Positions 17,312 through 25,556 are shown, counted from the stretch's first letter. The stretch: 64,000 bases of DNA from an uncultured Prevotellaceae bacterium (GCA_900318345.1 ONKD01000022.1:2189-66188); one strand, 5' to 3'. Made by a program: numbers and translations. Notes: generated from the letters alone by a model not told the origin.

Positions 17312-17543
17312 GCTGATTGCGCTGATTATCACTGATTTATAGATAATAATTAGCGATAATTAGTTCAATTAGCGCCATTCGCATTTTAAAAAGAGATTGC
17401 TCGCGGATGCTCGCAAGAAATCAAAAAAAGATTTTCTTGGATTTCTCGCGAACGCAGTGAGCGATCATTTATTTCACGTGAATTGTCGTGAATTAATCAT
17501 ATAATTAATCAAATAATTAATGAATAATTCATGGTAATTACAT
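17312..17543. repeat. AT-rich block of four sets of 9-12 bp tandem short repeats (iteron-like)
   Basis: GCTGATT/GCTGATT/ACTGATT at 17312, 17321 and 17331. AATTAG x3 at 17348, 17358 and 17367. CGTGAATT x2 at 17477 and 17487. ATAATTAAT, ATAATTAAT, ATAATTCAT and GTAATTACAT at 17501, 17513, 17524 and 17534. Confidence 0.7.
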
Positions 17544-17587
17544 GTGAAAAAGATTGCTCGATGGATGATCAAGTTAGAGGTTACAGG

Positions 17588-17624
17588 GGCATCCGCGCTC
17601 CCGATGACAGGGAATGCGGATGCC
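17588..17624 (-). terminator. stem-loop after the BspA-LRR gene
   Basis: GGCATCCGC (17588-17596) pairs with GCGGATGCC (17616-17624), with inner CTCCC/GGGA pairing. Lies 32 nt after the stop. No U-tract. Confidence 0.45.
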
Positions 17625-17655
17625 AAACTGTTAACTATTCACTGTCAACTGTTAA

Positions 17656-19866
17656 CTAGTTCCCGTTGAGGAGCATGTCGATGATGGTGGTGACGTCGCC
17701 GATGTCGAGGCGGCCGTTGTTGTTCAGGTCGGCTGACTCAAAATAGACGCCCTCGTGCTCGCCTGTCAGGATCGCGTCGATCATGCGGGTCACGTCCCTG
17801 ATGCTCACCTCGCCGTCGCCGTCAATGTCGCCGCGGCCTGCGCTGCCCCAGCCGTCGATGTGGACGAACTTGTACCAGTAGTCGGCGGCGGTGTAGGCAT
17901 CAACAAATTGGCGTGGCACGAGCAGCTGTGCGCGGTTATAGGCCGCCGTCGAGAAGCAGTCGGAGCTTGCCATCACGGGGGGCACTGTGCCAAGGCATTT
18001 GACGGTCGCCAGCGCGTTGCAGTAGTTAAACGCCTTAGCGCCTATGGCCGTTACGCCGCTACCGATAGTTACGCTCGTCAACACCGTACAACCCTGGAAC
18101 GCCTGTTCGCCGATGGTCTCTACCGAGTTGGGAATGGTAATGCTTGTCAACTCAAAACACCCGTCAAAGGCATTGTTCTCAATCCCCGTGACCGCAAAGG
18201 TCATGCCCGCGTACGTCACTGAGTCAGGAATTACCACATCACCACTGTAAAGCGATCCCTCATCATTGTTAGCTATCACGCTCGCAGTGTTCATTGTTGT
18301 GGCGTGGTAACTGGTACCATCGACCTCAAAAGTATAAGGAATCCCGATTATATTAATAAAGTCTTTCCAATATTCAGCTACTTTATAAGCATCCAAAGCG
18401 ATATCTGGAACATAAAATATTGCACTGGAACAACAGGGATAGAATGCAGATTCATCTATCGTTAGGGGTGTCAACGGCAAACAAAAAACTTCAGATAAGT
18501 TATCGCATCTATAGAACGCTCCGTCGCCGATTGAAGTGACGGAGTTTCCGATGATAACGCTCGTTAGTCCACTGCAGCCATAGAACGCACTGCCGCCGAT
18601 GGAGGTGACGGAGTTGGGGATGATGATGCTGGTCAGGCCGCTGCAGCCATAGAACGCCCCGTCGCCAATGGAGGTGACGGAGTTGGGAATAGTAATGCTC
18701 ATCGGGTTCCAATTGGAATTATTATAGCAGCCATAGAACGCACCGCGGCCGATGGTAGTGACAGAGTTGGGGATGACCGTGTTTATGCAGCCTAAAATAA
18801 GCGTATTGCTGGCAGTCTCGATAATGGCGTTGCAGTTGTTACGGGAATCATACTTCGGGTTCCCGCCTGCTACTGTGATGCTGGTCAGGCCAGTGCAGTT
18901 CCTAAACGCACCGTCGCCGATGGTTGTGACGGAGTTGGGGATGGCAATGCTGGTCAAGCCGCTGCACTCTATAAACGCAGCGCTACCGATGGTAGTGACG
19001 GAGTTGGGGATATCAATGCTGGTAAGGCTGTAGCAGTTGCAGAACGCCCAGTCACCGATGGTAGTGACGGAGTTGCCGATGGTGACGCTTGTCAAGCCAC
19101 TACAGCCTTCGAACGCACTTTCGCCGATGGCGGTGACTGAATTAGGAATGGTGACACTGGTTAGGCTGCTGCAGATAGAGAACGCACCGTCGCCGATTGA
19201 AGTGACGGAGTTGGGGATTTCGATACTGGTCAGGCCTGTGCATTGCTCGAACGCACCGTTGCCGATTGAAGTGACGGAGTTGGGGATATTCGTATTTTTG
19301 CAACCAACGACAAGAGTGTTTGTAGCCGTCTCAATAATGGCGTTGCAGTTGCCGCGGGAATCATACTTCGGGTTCCCGCCTGCTACTGTGATGCTGGTCA
19401 GGCCAGTGCAGTTCCTAAACGCACCGTCGCCGATGGTTGTGACGGAGTTGCTGATGGTGATGCTGGTCAGGCCGACGCAGCCACGGAACGCAGAGCTGCC
19501 GATGGAAGTGATTGAGTTGGGGATAGTGACGCTAATTAGGTTCTTGCAGTTACTAAAAGCCCGATCACCGATGGAAGTGACGGAGTTGGGGATGTCGATG
19601 CTGGTCAAGCCAGTGCATCTACAGAACGCATCTTCGCCGATGGCGATGACGAAGTAGGTAATGCCGTCGTGGGTGAAAGTAGCTGGAATGGTCACAGAAC
19701 CAGAGTATTCATTATACTCGGAGTAAGACGTTCCTTTGTAAGTAACAGTGGCCTCGTCGCCATTGATGTTATAGTAGATGCCATCCACTTCGAAGTCGTG
19801 GGCGAGGGCGGTGACGGGCAGCAGGAACGCCAGCAGGAACAGGGAGAATTTATAAAGATGTTTCAT
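17656..19866 (-). CDS. BspA-type leucine-rich-repeat surface protein with C-terminal dockerin-like module
   Basis: Signal peptide, then about 18 LRR_5-type units (IPNSVTSIGDGAFxxCxGLTSITI) in two blocks. C-terminus RGDIDGDGEVSIRDVTRMIDAIL...DLNNNGRLDIGDVTTIIDMLLNG is a duplicated EF-hand dockerin repeat. Confidence 0.9.
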   Translation of the reverse strand: MKHLYKFSLFLLAFLLPVTALAHDFEVDGIYYNINGDEATVTYKGTSYSEYNEYSGSVTIPATFTHDGITYFVIAIGEDAFCRCTGLTSIDIPNSVTSIGDRAFSNCKNLISVTIPNSITSIGSSAFRGCVGLTSITISNSVTTIGDGAFRNCTGLTSITVAGGNPKYDSRGNCNAIIETATNTLVVGCKNTNIPNSVTSIGNGAFEQCTGLTSIEIPNSVTSIGDGAFSICSSLTSVTIPNSVTAIGESAFEGCSGLTSVTIGNSVTTIGDWAFCNCYSLTSIDIPNSVTTIGSAAFIECSGLTSIAIPNSVTTIGDGAFRNCTGLTSITVAGGNPKYDSRNNCNAIIETASNTLILGCINTVIPNSVTTIGRGAFYGCYNNSNWNPMSITIPNSVTSIGDGAFYGCSGLTSIIIPNSVTSIGGSAFYGCSGLTSVIIGNSVTSIGDGAFYRCDNLSEVFCLPLTPLTIDESAFYPCCSSAIFYVPDIALDAYKVAEYWKDFINIIGIPYTFEVDGTSYHATTMNTASVIANNDEGSLYSGDVVIPDSVTYAGMTFAVTGIENNAFDGCFELTSITIPNSVETIGEQAFQGCTVLTSVTIGSGVTAIGAKAFNYCNALATVKCLGTVPPVMASSDCFSTAAYNRAQLLVPRQFVDAYTAADYWYKFVHIDGWGSAGRGDIDGDGEVSIRDVTRMIDAILTGEHEGVYFESADLNNNGRLDIGDVTTIIDMLLNGN
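18815..18937. repeat. 123-bp intragenic direct repeat in the LRR gene, copy 1
   Basis: About 119/123 identical to 19328-19450, offset 513 bp (171 codons, in frame). Confidence 0.8.
19328..19450. repeat. 123-bp intragenic direct repeat in the LRR gene, copy 2
   Basis: See copy 1. Encodes AFRNCTGLTSITVAGGNPKYDSRxNCNAIIETA. Confidence 0.8.
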
Positions 19867-19907
19867 AGATGTTTGGTTTTAGGTTAGTATCGTGATGATG
19901 ACAGTGG

Positions 19908-19915
19908 CAAAGTTA
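19908..19915 (-). promoter_or_regulatory. -7 box TAACTTTG (BspA-LRR gene)
   Basis: Plus-strand CAAAGTTA, 41 nt upstream of ATG 19866. Confidence 0.5.
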
Positions 19916-20039
19916 GCACAAAATCGTGAAAAACAAAAATAATTGGCATCCGCAATCAATTTTCAAACAACAAGGACAACGATGAACAACTAAAACAACC
20001 CTTCGGGGGAGGGTGTTGCAAAACACTCGATTGAAGCAT

Positions 20040-20157
20040 GAGGCTGTGTCATAATTGCAATGTCGTTACATATATCGGCCTACGGCCGAGAAATTTAAAC
20101 AAATTATTTAATAAATTAAATAAAAATTTTAATTATAAATGAATTATGACACACCCC
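20040..20157. repeat. MITE-like element, copy A (~118 bp) with terminal inverted repeats and internal hairpin
   Basis: TIRs GGCTGTGTCATAATT (20042-20056) and AATTATGACACACCC (20142-20156). Hairpin TCGGCC-TAC-GGCCGA (20075-20089). The AT-rich core GAGAAATTTAAACAAATTATTTAA... is nearly identical to copy B. Confidence 0.65.
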
Positions 20158-20280
20158 ATTTAAACAAATTATATAAAAAAATTATTATAAAATTTTTGAT
20201 TAACTCAATTTTAATACAAAATTTGTTTTGATTTTTCGGCCGTACGCCGATCAATAATTGAGTCATATTAGTTTTGCAAC
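20158..20280. repeat. degenerate, inverted partial copy of the same element abutting copy A
   Basis: Reverse complement reads ...ATTGATCGGCGTACGGCCGAAAAATCAAAACAAATTTT..., matching the hairpin and core of copies A and B. Hairpin TCGGC-CGTAC-GCCGA at 20236-20250. Ends with GTTTTGCAAC, the inverse of GTTGCAAAAC at 20015-20024. Confidence 0.5.
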
Positions 20281-20361
20281 AATCTCAAATCCGAGACTTT
20301 TTTAATTTCTAGCAGCAGGGATTTTGCTACAAAGTATTTGTATTTTTCCTTTATCGTCGGT

Positions 20362-20916
20362 TTATCGTTGGAAGAGGGCGGTAATGATGGTGATGTGCTT
20401 GGACAGCGTGCCGTCACTGCTCCACTCCAGATCGATGCCCAGCAAATCGCTTGCCGCAGCAGTCACGTCAAAGCCCACAGCCTCGAGCGAGTAGCGCAGG
20501 CGGTCTGGATAGCGACAGGGCTTGCCCTCGGGTCGTGTGCAGCCCTCGGGACATAAAGTGCAGCGAAAAGTGAAGCATCGGCTGCCCTTCACTTGGCGCT
20601 CTTTTTCATATAGTTCAGGTAGTAACGTTTTCCACACCTCTTGCATGGCCTGTATGGCCACTGCCCTTGACATCTCGGCCGTGGTGCACTCGGCACGTGT
20701 CGCCTCATCAAACTCGATGGTCGTTCCCATCAGGGTTACGGTTTTGAAACCATTGCTAACGGTTTCAGGGTCAAAATCGTAGGGTGGACAGCCCCACGAG
20801 TTGCCATGTGACGGACATTGACCACACATGGCAGCCATGCGTTCCACATCACGATAGCGACTGATGAAATCGTTGGCCGGGACAGTGACTTGCTTGCTGG
20901 TTACTGAATAGTTCAT
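20362..20916 (-). CDS. DUF2284 metal-binding protein
   Basis: 184 aa. The Cys pattern MCGQCPSHGNSWGCPPY plus further C-terminal Cys residues are characteristic of DUF2284. Confidence 0.75.
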   Translation of the reverse strand: MNYSVTSKQVTVPANDFISRYRDVERMAAMCGQCPSHGNSWGCPPYDFDPETVSNGFKTVTLMGTTIEFDEATRAECTTAEMSRAVAIQAMQEVWKTLLPELYEKERQVKGSRCFTFRCTLCPEGCTRPEGKPCRYPDRLRYSLEAVGFDVTAAASDLLGIDLEWSSDGTLSKHITIITALFQR

Positions 20917-20930
20917 ACTATAAAAAAGGT

Positions 20931-20993
20931 TTAGGCATTAGGCTTTAGGTTTTTGGTAGCTCGCCAACCTTACGCCTAACACCTAATGCCTAA
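20931..20993 (-). terminator. long imperfect stem-loop between the S9 peptidase and DUF2284 genes
   Basis: Perfect 12-bp outer arms TTAGGCATTAGG (20931-20942) and CCTAATGCCTAA (20982-20993) with further partial inner pairing. The arms are built of GCCTAA-like units. Confidence 0.45.
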
Positions 20994-21004
20994 CGCCTAA
21001 TTAA

Positions 21005-23224
21005 TTAGTTTTTCTTCTCCTCGACAGGAGCAGGAGCGGCAACAGCAGCAGTTGCAGCCTTGGCTGCATTGATGCTATCCTGCTGGGCCTTGTAGGCCTT
21101 AGCAGCCTCGCTGTCGGGCTTCAGCCAAGTGTCAAGCCAGCGGAAGAACTCGCGCTGCCACAGGATGCTGTTCTGGGGCTTGAGAATCCAGTGGTTCTCG
21201 TCGGGGAAGAGCAGCAGACGGGCGGGCAGACCCTTGATCTTGGCGGCATTGAATGCCTGGCAAGCCTGGGTGAAGACGATGCGGTAATCGAGTTCGCCAG
21301 CGGTGCACATGATAGGAGTATCCCAGTTCTGAACATAGTTCTTGGGGTTGGCCTGGGTGTAAGAGCGCTGAGCGGTTGCGTTGCCTTTCTCCCAGAAAGC
21401 GCCACCCAGATCCCACTGTACAAACCACATTTCCTCGGTCTCGAGGTACTGTGCCTCAAGGTTGAAGATACCGGCGTGAGCCAGGAAGCAAGCAAAGCGC
21501 TTGTTGTGGTTACCTGCAAGGAAGTAAACCGAGTAGCCACCATAGCTGGCACCAACGGCACCAATGTGGTCACCATCGATGTAAGGCTCTTTCTTCATGT
21601 AGTCCACTGCGCTGAGGTAGTCACGCATGTTCTGGCCACCATAATCGCCACTGATCTGGGCATTCCACTCTGAGCCGAAGCCCGGCAGACCGCGACGGTT
21701 GGGCAGGATAACGATGTAGCCGTTGCTGGCCATGATGCGCATGTTCCAGCGATAGCTCCAGAACTGGCTCACGGGCGACTGGGGTCCACCCTCGCAGAAG
21801 AGGATAGCGGGATACTTCTTGTTAGGATCGAAGTTGGGCGGGTAGCAAACCCAAGTAGTCATCAGTTTACCATCGGTGGTGGGAATCATGCGCTTCTCGA
21901 TGCCGATAGGATCCACCTGAGCGAGCATCTCATCATTGACATGAGTGAGCTGAACAGGCTCCTTGCCCATCTGAATGCTGCAGATCTCGTTAGGAGTCTG
22001 GTAGCTCTGACGGCAAGCAACAAGGGTCTCATTGTTAACAAAGGACATGCTGTTGAAGTCACACACACCCATGGCAATGGTGTCTACCTTTTGGGTAGCT
22101 ACATCCATGCGGAAGATGGGTTGCGTGCCCTGGAACGGGCAGATGAAATAGATGGCTTTCTCGTCGGGCGACCAAGCGATATCATCCACACTGTAGTCCC
22201 AGTTAGCGGTCAGATCCTTCTTGTTACCGTTCTCATCCATGAAGAAGATGCGGTTCTTGTCGGCCTCATAGCCGTCGTGTTCCATCGACAGCCATGCCAT
22301 TTGGCCCTTGCTGTTGATGATGGGATAGGTGTCATAACCCATCATGCCCTGGGTCAGGTTCTCGGTCTTACCGGTCTCCAGGTTGTACTTATAGAGGTCG
22401 CTATTGGTCGAGAAGGCATAGTCCTTACCGGTTTTCTTGCGGCACACGTAAACGAGGTTCTTGCCGTCAGGTGTCCAAGCCAGCGACTCGATGCCGCCCC
22501 AAGGCTTCATGGGAGACTCGTAGGGCTCACCCTCGAGCACGTCCTTCACGTTACCGGCCTTGCTGCCGTCATAGTCAGCCACAAAGGGGTGAGGAACCGT
22601 GGTTACCCACTCGTCCCAGTGCTTGTACATCATGTCGTCATAGAGTTTGCCTGTGGTCTTATCCAGGTCGGGATAAACGTCCTGTACCGTCTGGCCATAC
22701 TTGACCTGCGAGATCATGACCACGCGCTTCTCGTCGGGCGAGAACACAAAGCCCTCGATGCCATCCTCGACATCGCTGACGCAGTTGCGGCCACCGCCGT
22801 CGGCGTTCATTGTCCACAGTTGAGGTGTCTTGCCCTCGCCTTCCTCGCGATAGATAAAGGCAATCTTCTTGCCGCCATCAATCCACACATAGTTGCTCTC
22901 GCTGTTGGGCGTATTGGTGATCTGGCGGGCATTCTGGCCGTCAACGTCCATCACCCACAAGTCGCAGTTGCCCTTGTTGGTAGCGATGTCATAATAGGTC
23001 ACGCCATAGAGCACCTTCTTGCCGTCGGGCGACACCTGGGGACCACCCACGCGGCCCAGCTGGTTGAGGAATTCGGGAGTGAACTCTTTCTTTTCCATTT
23101 TACCGGAAGTTTTCTCGGTAGCGGGAGCCTGACCAGGAGCTGCCGTTTCCTGCTTGGAGCAGGTCGAGGAACTCAACAGGGCCAACGCCGCAACCGACAT
23201 TGCTGTTAACTTTAATAATTTCAT
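21005..23224 (-). CDS. S9-family serine peptidase (beta-propeller + prolyl oligopeptidase/acylaminoacyl-peptidase catalytic domain), lipoprotein
   Basis: 739 aa. Lipobox LLSSSTC, TolB-like propeller repeats, nucleophile motif GASYGGY, and C-terminal Asp/His region (GELDYRIV ... DENHWI). Confidence 0.88.
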   Translation of the reverse strand: MKLLKLTAMSVAALALLSSSTCSKQETAAPGQAPATEKTSGKMEKKEFTPEFLNQLGRVGGPQVSPDGKKVLYGVTYYDIATNKGNCDLWVMDVDGQNARQITNTPNSESNYVWIDGGKKIAFIYREEGEGKTPQLWTMNADGGGRNCVSDVEDGIEGFVFSPDEKRVVMISQVKYGQTVQDVYPDLDKTTGKLYDDMMYKHWDEWVTTVPHPFVADYDGSKAGNVKDVLEGEPYESPMKPWGGIESLAWTPDGKNLVYVCRKKTGKDYAFSTNSDLYKYNLETGKTENLTQGMMGYDTYPIINSKGQMAWLSMEHDGYEADKNRIFFMDENGNKKDLTANWDYSVDDIAWSPDEKAIYFICPFQGTQPIFRMDVATQKVDTIAMGVCDFNSMSFVNNETLVACRQSYQTPNEICSIQMGKEPVQLTHVNDEMLAQVDPIGIEKRMIPTTDGKLMTTWVCYPPNFDPNKKYPAILFCEGGPQSPVSQFWSYRWNMRIMASNGYIVILPNRRGLPGFGSEWNAQISGDYGGQNMRDYLSAVDYMKKEPYIDGDHIGAVGASYGGYSVYFLAGNHNKRFACFLAHAGIFNLEAQYLETEEMWFVQWDLGGAFWEKGNATAQRSYTQANPKNYVQNWDTPIMCTAGELDYRIVFTQACQAFNAAKIKGLPARLLLFPDENHWILKPQNSILWQREFFRWLDTWLKPDSEAAKAYKAQQDSINAAKAATAAVAAPAPVEEKKN

Positions 23225-23289
23225 AAAATTGTAATTGTTAATGATATAATGTTAAGTTGTTAAAATTCGCTTCTAGGTATTTCAACCTG

Positions 23290-23297
23290 CAAATTTA
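23290..23297 (-). promoter_or_regulatory. -7 box TAAATTTG (S9 peptidase)
   Basis: Plus-strand CAAATTTA, 65 nt upstream of ATG 23224. Confidence 0.45.
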
Positions 23298-23351
23298 ATC
23301 AAATAATTATCATTCCAGGCCATGAACTCGCTATTTTTTCGCAATTATTAT

Positions 23352-23359
23352 TAAATTTG
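23352..23359 (+). promoter_or_regulatory. -7 box TAAATTTG (GH92 a)
   Basis: 28 nt upstream of ATG 23388. Confidence 0.5.
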
Positions 23360-23387
23360 CACATTGAAACCCAAAACTATAAATAAA

Positions 23388-25556
23388 ATGAGAAAAACGT
23401 TATTCATCATCATCACGTTCTGCACTTGCCTGGCTGGCATCGCCAGTGAAGGCAACTTCACGCAATATGTCAATCCGCGCATCGGCACAGGCGGGCACGG
23501 ACATGTGTTCCTTGGGGCCAACGTGCCCTTTGGCTACGTACAGTTGGGGCCGACTGAGCCTACACGAGGTTGGGACTGGTGCTCAGGCTACCACGACAGC
23601 GACAATGTGCTTATCGGCTTCGGACACCAGCACCTGAGCGGCACCGGTATCGGTGACCTGGGTGACATCGCCTTGCTGCCAGTGACTCATCGCGACCAGC
23701 GCGAGGTCATCTTCAGCCACGACGACGAGACAGTAAAACCAGGCTTTTATGCCATCACCCTGCGGGATAGCGGCAAGCCTTATGTCAAAGTGGAGCTTAC
23801 TGCAACCAAGCGAACTGGCATGCACCGTTACACCTTTACATCAAATCAAGTGACCTGCCAACTGGTGCTTGACCTGGGTCAAGGCATCGGATGGGACTCA
23901 CCCAAGCAAGTGAGAATGAAGCAGATCTCACCTCGCATGATTGCCGGCTACCGTCACTCGATGGGCTGGGCAAGGAATCAAAAAGATTTCTTTGCCATGG
24001 AATTCTCTCAAGACATTACTCTGGAGAAACTCGCTGGCGACACCATTGGCCTGATCACCACACCCAATCATGGCCAGCCCCTGCTGGTCAAGACAGGCCT
24101 GTCGGCCGTGAGCATCGAGAACGCCATCGGCAACCTGATGAGCGAGAATACGGGATGGGACTTTAACAGCATCTGCAGCCAAGCAAATGAGGCTTGGAAT
24201 GACGAATTAGGTAAGGTGATCATCAATACTTTCAACGATGATGACCGCACGGTGTTCTACACAGCACTCTACCACACGATGGTGGCTCCGTCGGTCTTCA
24301 ATGACATTTGTGGCGAGTACCGCGGTGCCGACGGCGAGGTGCATGAGGGCGACTTCACTAACTACACTACCCTATCGCTGTGGGACACCTATCGCGCTGC
24401 CCACCCGTTACAAACGCTCATCCATCGCGAGAAACAAGCGGATATCGCCCAGACCTTCCTGCATATCTTTGAGCAGCAAGGCAAACTGCCCGTGTGGCAC
24501 CTGATGGGCAACGAGACCGACTGCATGGTGGGCAATCCTGCCGCACCCGTGCTGGCCGACCTGGTGCTGAAAGGCTTTGATATTGACAAAGACAAAGCGC
24601 TCAAGGCCATGGTTACCAGCGCAATGCTCGATGAGCGCTCAATGGGCCTGTTGAAGCAATACGGCTATATCCCCTATGACCTGGAGCCCGACAAGGAGAC
24701 CGTTGCGCGAGGATTGGAGTATGCCCTCGCCGACTGGTGCATCGCCCAGATAGCCAAAGTCACTGGCGACCAGAAGAATTATGACTATTTCCTGAACCGC
24801 AGCAAGTCATACAGACACTATTTTGACAAGCAGACCCGATTCATGCGTGGTAAGGACTCAAAGGGTAATTTCCGTCCAGCAGCTGAGTTTGACCCGCTGT
24901 CGACCAAGCACCGCAACGACGACTACTGCGAGGGCAATGCCTGGCAATACACCTGGCTTGTGCCCCATGACGTGCACGGCCTGGCGAACCTGTTCGGTAG
25001 CGAGAAAGCATTCATCCAGAAACTGGACTCGCTGTTTATCATCGAAGGTGATTTGGGCGAAGAGGCTTCACCTGACGTGAGTGGCTTGATCGGCCAGTAT
25101 GCCCACGGTAACGAGCCCAGCCACCACATCATCTATATGTATAATTACGTGGGACAGCCCTGGAAAGCGGCTCAACTCATCCGCCGCGTGTTGCGTGAAC
25201 AATACCGCAACGACCTTGACGGCCTGAGCGGCAACGAGGACGTGGGCCAGATGTCGGCATGGTATGTGCTGTCGTCTATCGGCCTGTATCAGGAAGAGCC
25301 CGCAGGCGGCAAGTACATCATCGGTTCACCCCTGTTCAACGAGGCACGTCTCAATGTAGGCGACGGCAAGACGTTCATCGTCAAGGCCATCAACAACAGT
25401 GACAAGAATATCTACGTGCAGAGTGCCCGATTGAACGGCAAGCGCTATGACAAGAGCTACATCGACTATCGCGACATCATCGCCGGTGGCACGCTTGAAC
25501 TCGTCATGGGTCCCAAGCCCTCGAAATGGGGCACAGCCAAGAAACACCGCCCGTAG
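23388..25556 (+). CDS. GH92 alpha-mannosidase
   Basis: GH92 N-terminus (YVNPRIGTGGHGHVFLGANVPFGYVQLGP) and catalytic-region motifs (GNEPSHHIIYMYNYVGQPWKAA, SGNEDVGQMSAWYV). ATG 23388; the track start 23364 is TTG. A -7 box lies at 23352-23359. Confidence 0.92.
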   Translation: MRKTLFIIITFCTCLAGIASEGNFTQYVNPRIGTGGHGHVFLGANVPFGYVQLGPTEPTRGWDWCSGYHDSDNVLIGFGHQHLSGTGIGDLGDIALLPVTHRDQREVIFSHDDETVKPGFYAITLRDSGKPYVKVELTATKRTGMHRYTFTSNQVTCQLVLDLGQGIGWDSPKQVRMKQISPRMIAGYRHSMGWARNQKDFFAMEFSQDITLEKLAGDTIGLITTPNHGQPLLVKTGLSAVSIENAIGNLMSENTGWDFNSICSQANEAWNDELGKVIINTFNDDDRTVFYTALYHTMVAPSVFNDICGEYRGADGEVHEGDFTNYTTLSLWDTYRAAHPLQTLIHREKQADIAQTFLHIFEQQGKLPVWHLMGNETDCMVGNPAAPVLADLVLKGFDIDKDKALKAMVTSAMLDERSMGLLKQYGYIPYDLEPDKETVARGLEYALADWCIAQIAKVTGDQKNYDYFLNRSKSYRHYFDKQTRFMRGKDSKGNFRPAAEFDPLSTKHRNDDYCEGNAWQYTWLVPHDVHGLANLFGSEKAFIQKLDSLFIIEGDLGEEASPDVSGLIGQYAHGNEPSHHIIYMYNYVGQPWKAAQLIRRVLREQYRNDLDGLSGNEDVGQMSAWYVLSSIGLYQEEPAGGKYIIGSPLFNEARLNVGDGKTFIVKAINNSDKNIYVQSARLNGKRYDKSYIDYRDIIAGGTLELVMGPKPSKWGTAKKHRP

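Noticed and set aside
17312-17543. Possible CRISPR array in the repeat-rich ORF-free interval
   Set aside because: The repeat units are only 7-10 nt with 9-12 bp periodicity and no spacers. There are no cas genes and no 25-40 nt repeat/spacer alternation.
10635-19954. Recurrent intergenic 9-mer GCATCCGCG/CGCGGATGC (10635, 16865, 17402, 17589; 8/9 matches at 17615 and 19946)
   Set aside because: It may be a shared stem module of terminator-like hairpins. However, I could not exhaustively exclude coding-region occurrences by eye (an 8/9 match exists inside GH29 near 4345). The statistical support is therefore unverified, and it is mentioned only within the 16.8-17.7 kb finding.
20015-20280. 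Invertible promoter (inverton) controlling the LRR adhesin
   Set aside because: Inverted repeats are present, but the segment contains no TAnnTTTG box on either strand. The gene has a fixed consensus box at 19908-19915 outside the segment, no recombinase is nearby, and the same element occurs at 50 kb in a non-promoter context. It is retained as a low-probability alternative in the finding.
21941-23209. 422-aa plus-strand ORF opposite the S9 peptidase gene. Similar long antisense ORFs occur at 6997-7788 and 8230-8625 (nrdJ), 11369-12106 (fbp), 28849-29568 and 29830-30393 (GH92 b), 36547-37161 (dxs), 37586-38215 (trkA), 57212-57904 (GH13), 60466-61374 (propeller gene) and 62770-63489 (LolE-like).
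   Set aside because: All are shadow ORFs within well-supported genes on the opposite strand. They have no domain signatures and biased His/Val/Gly/Leu/Arg composition.
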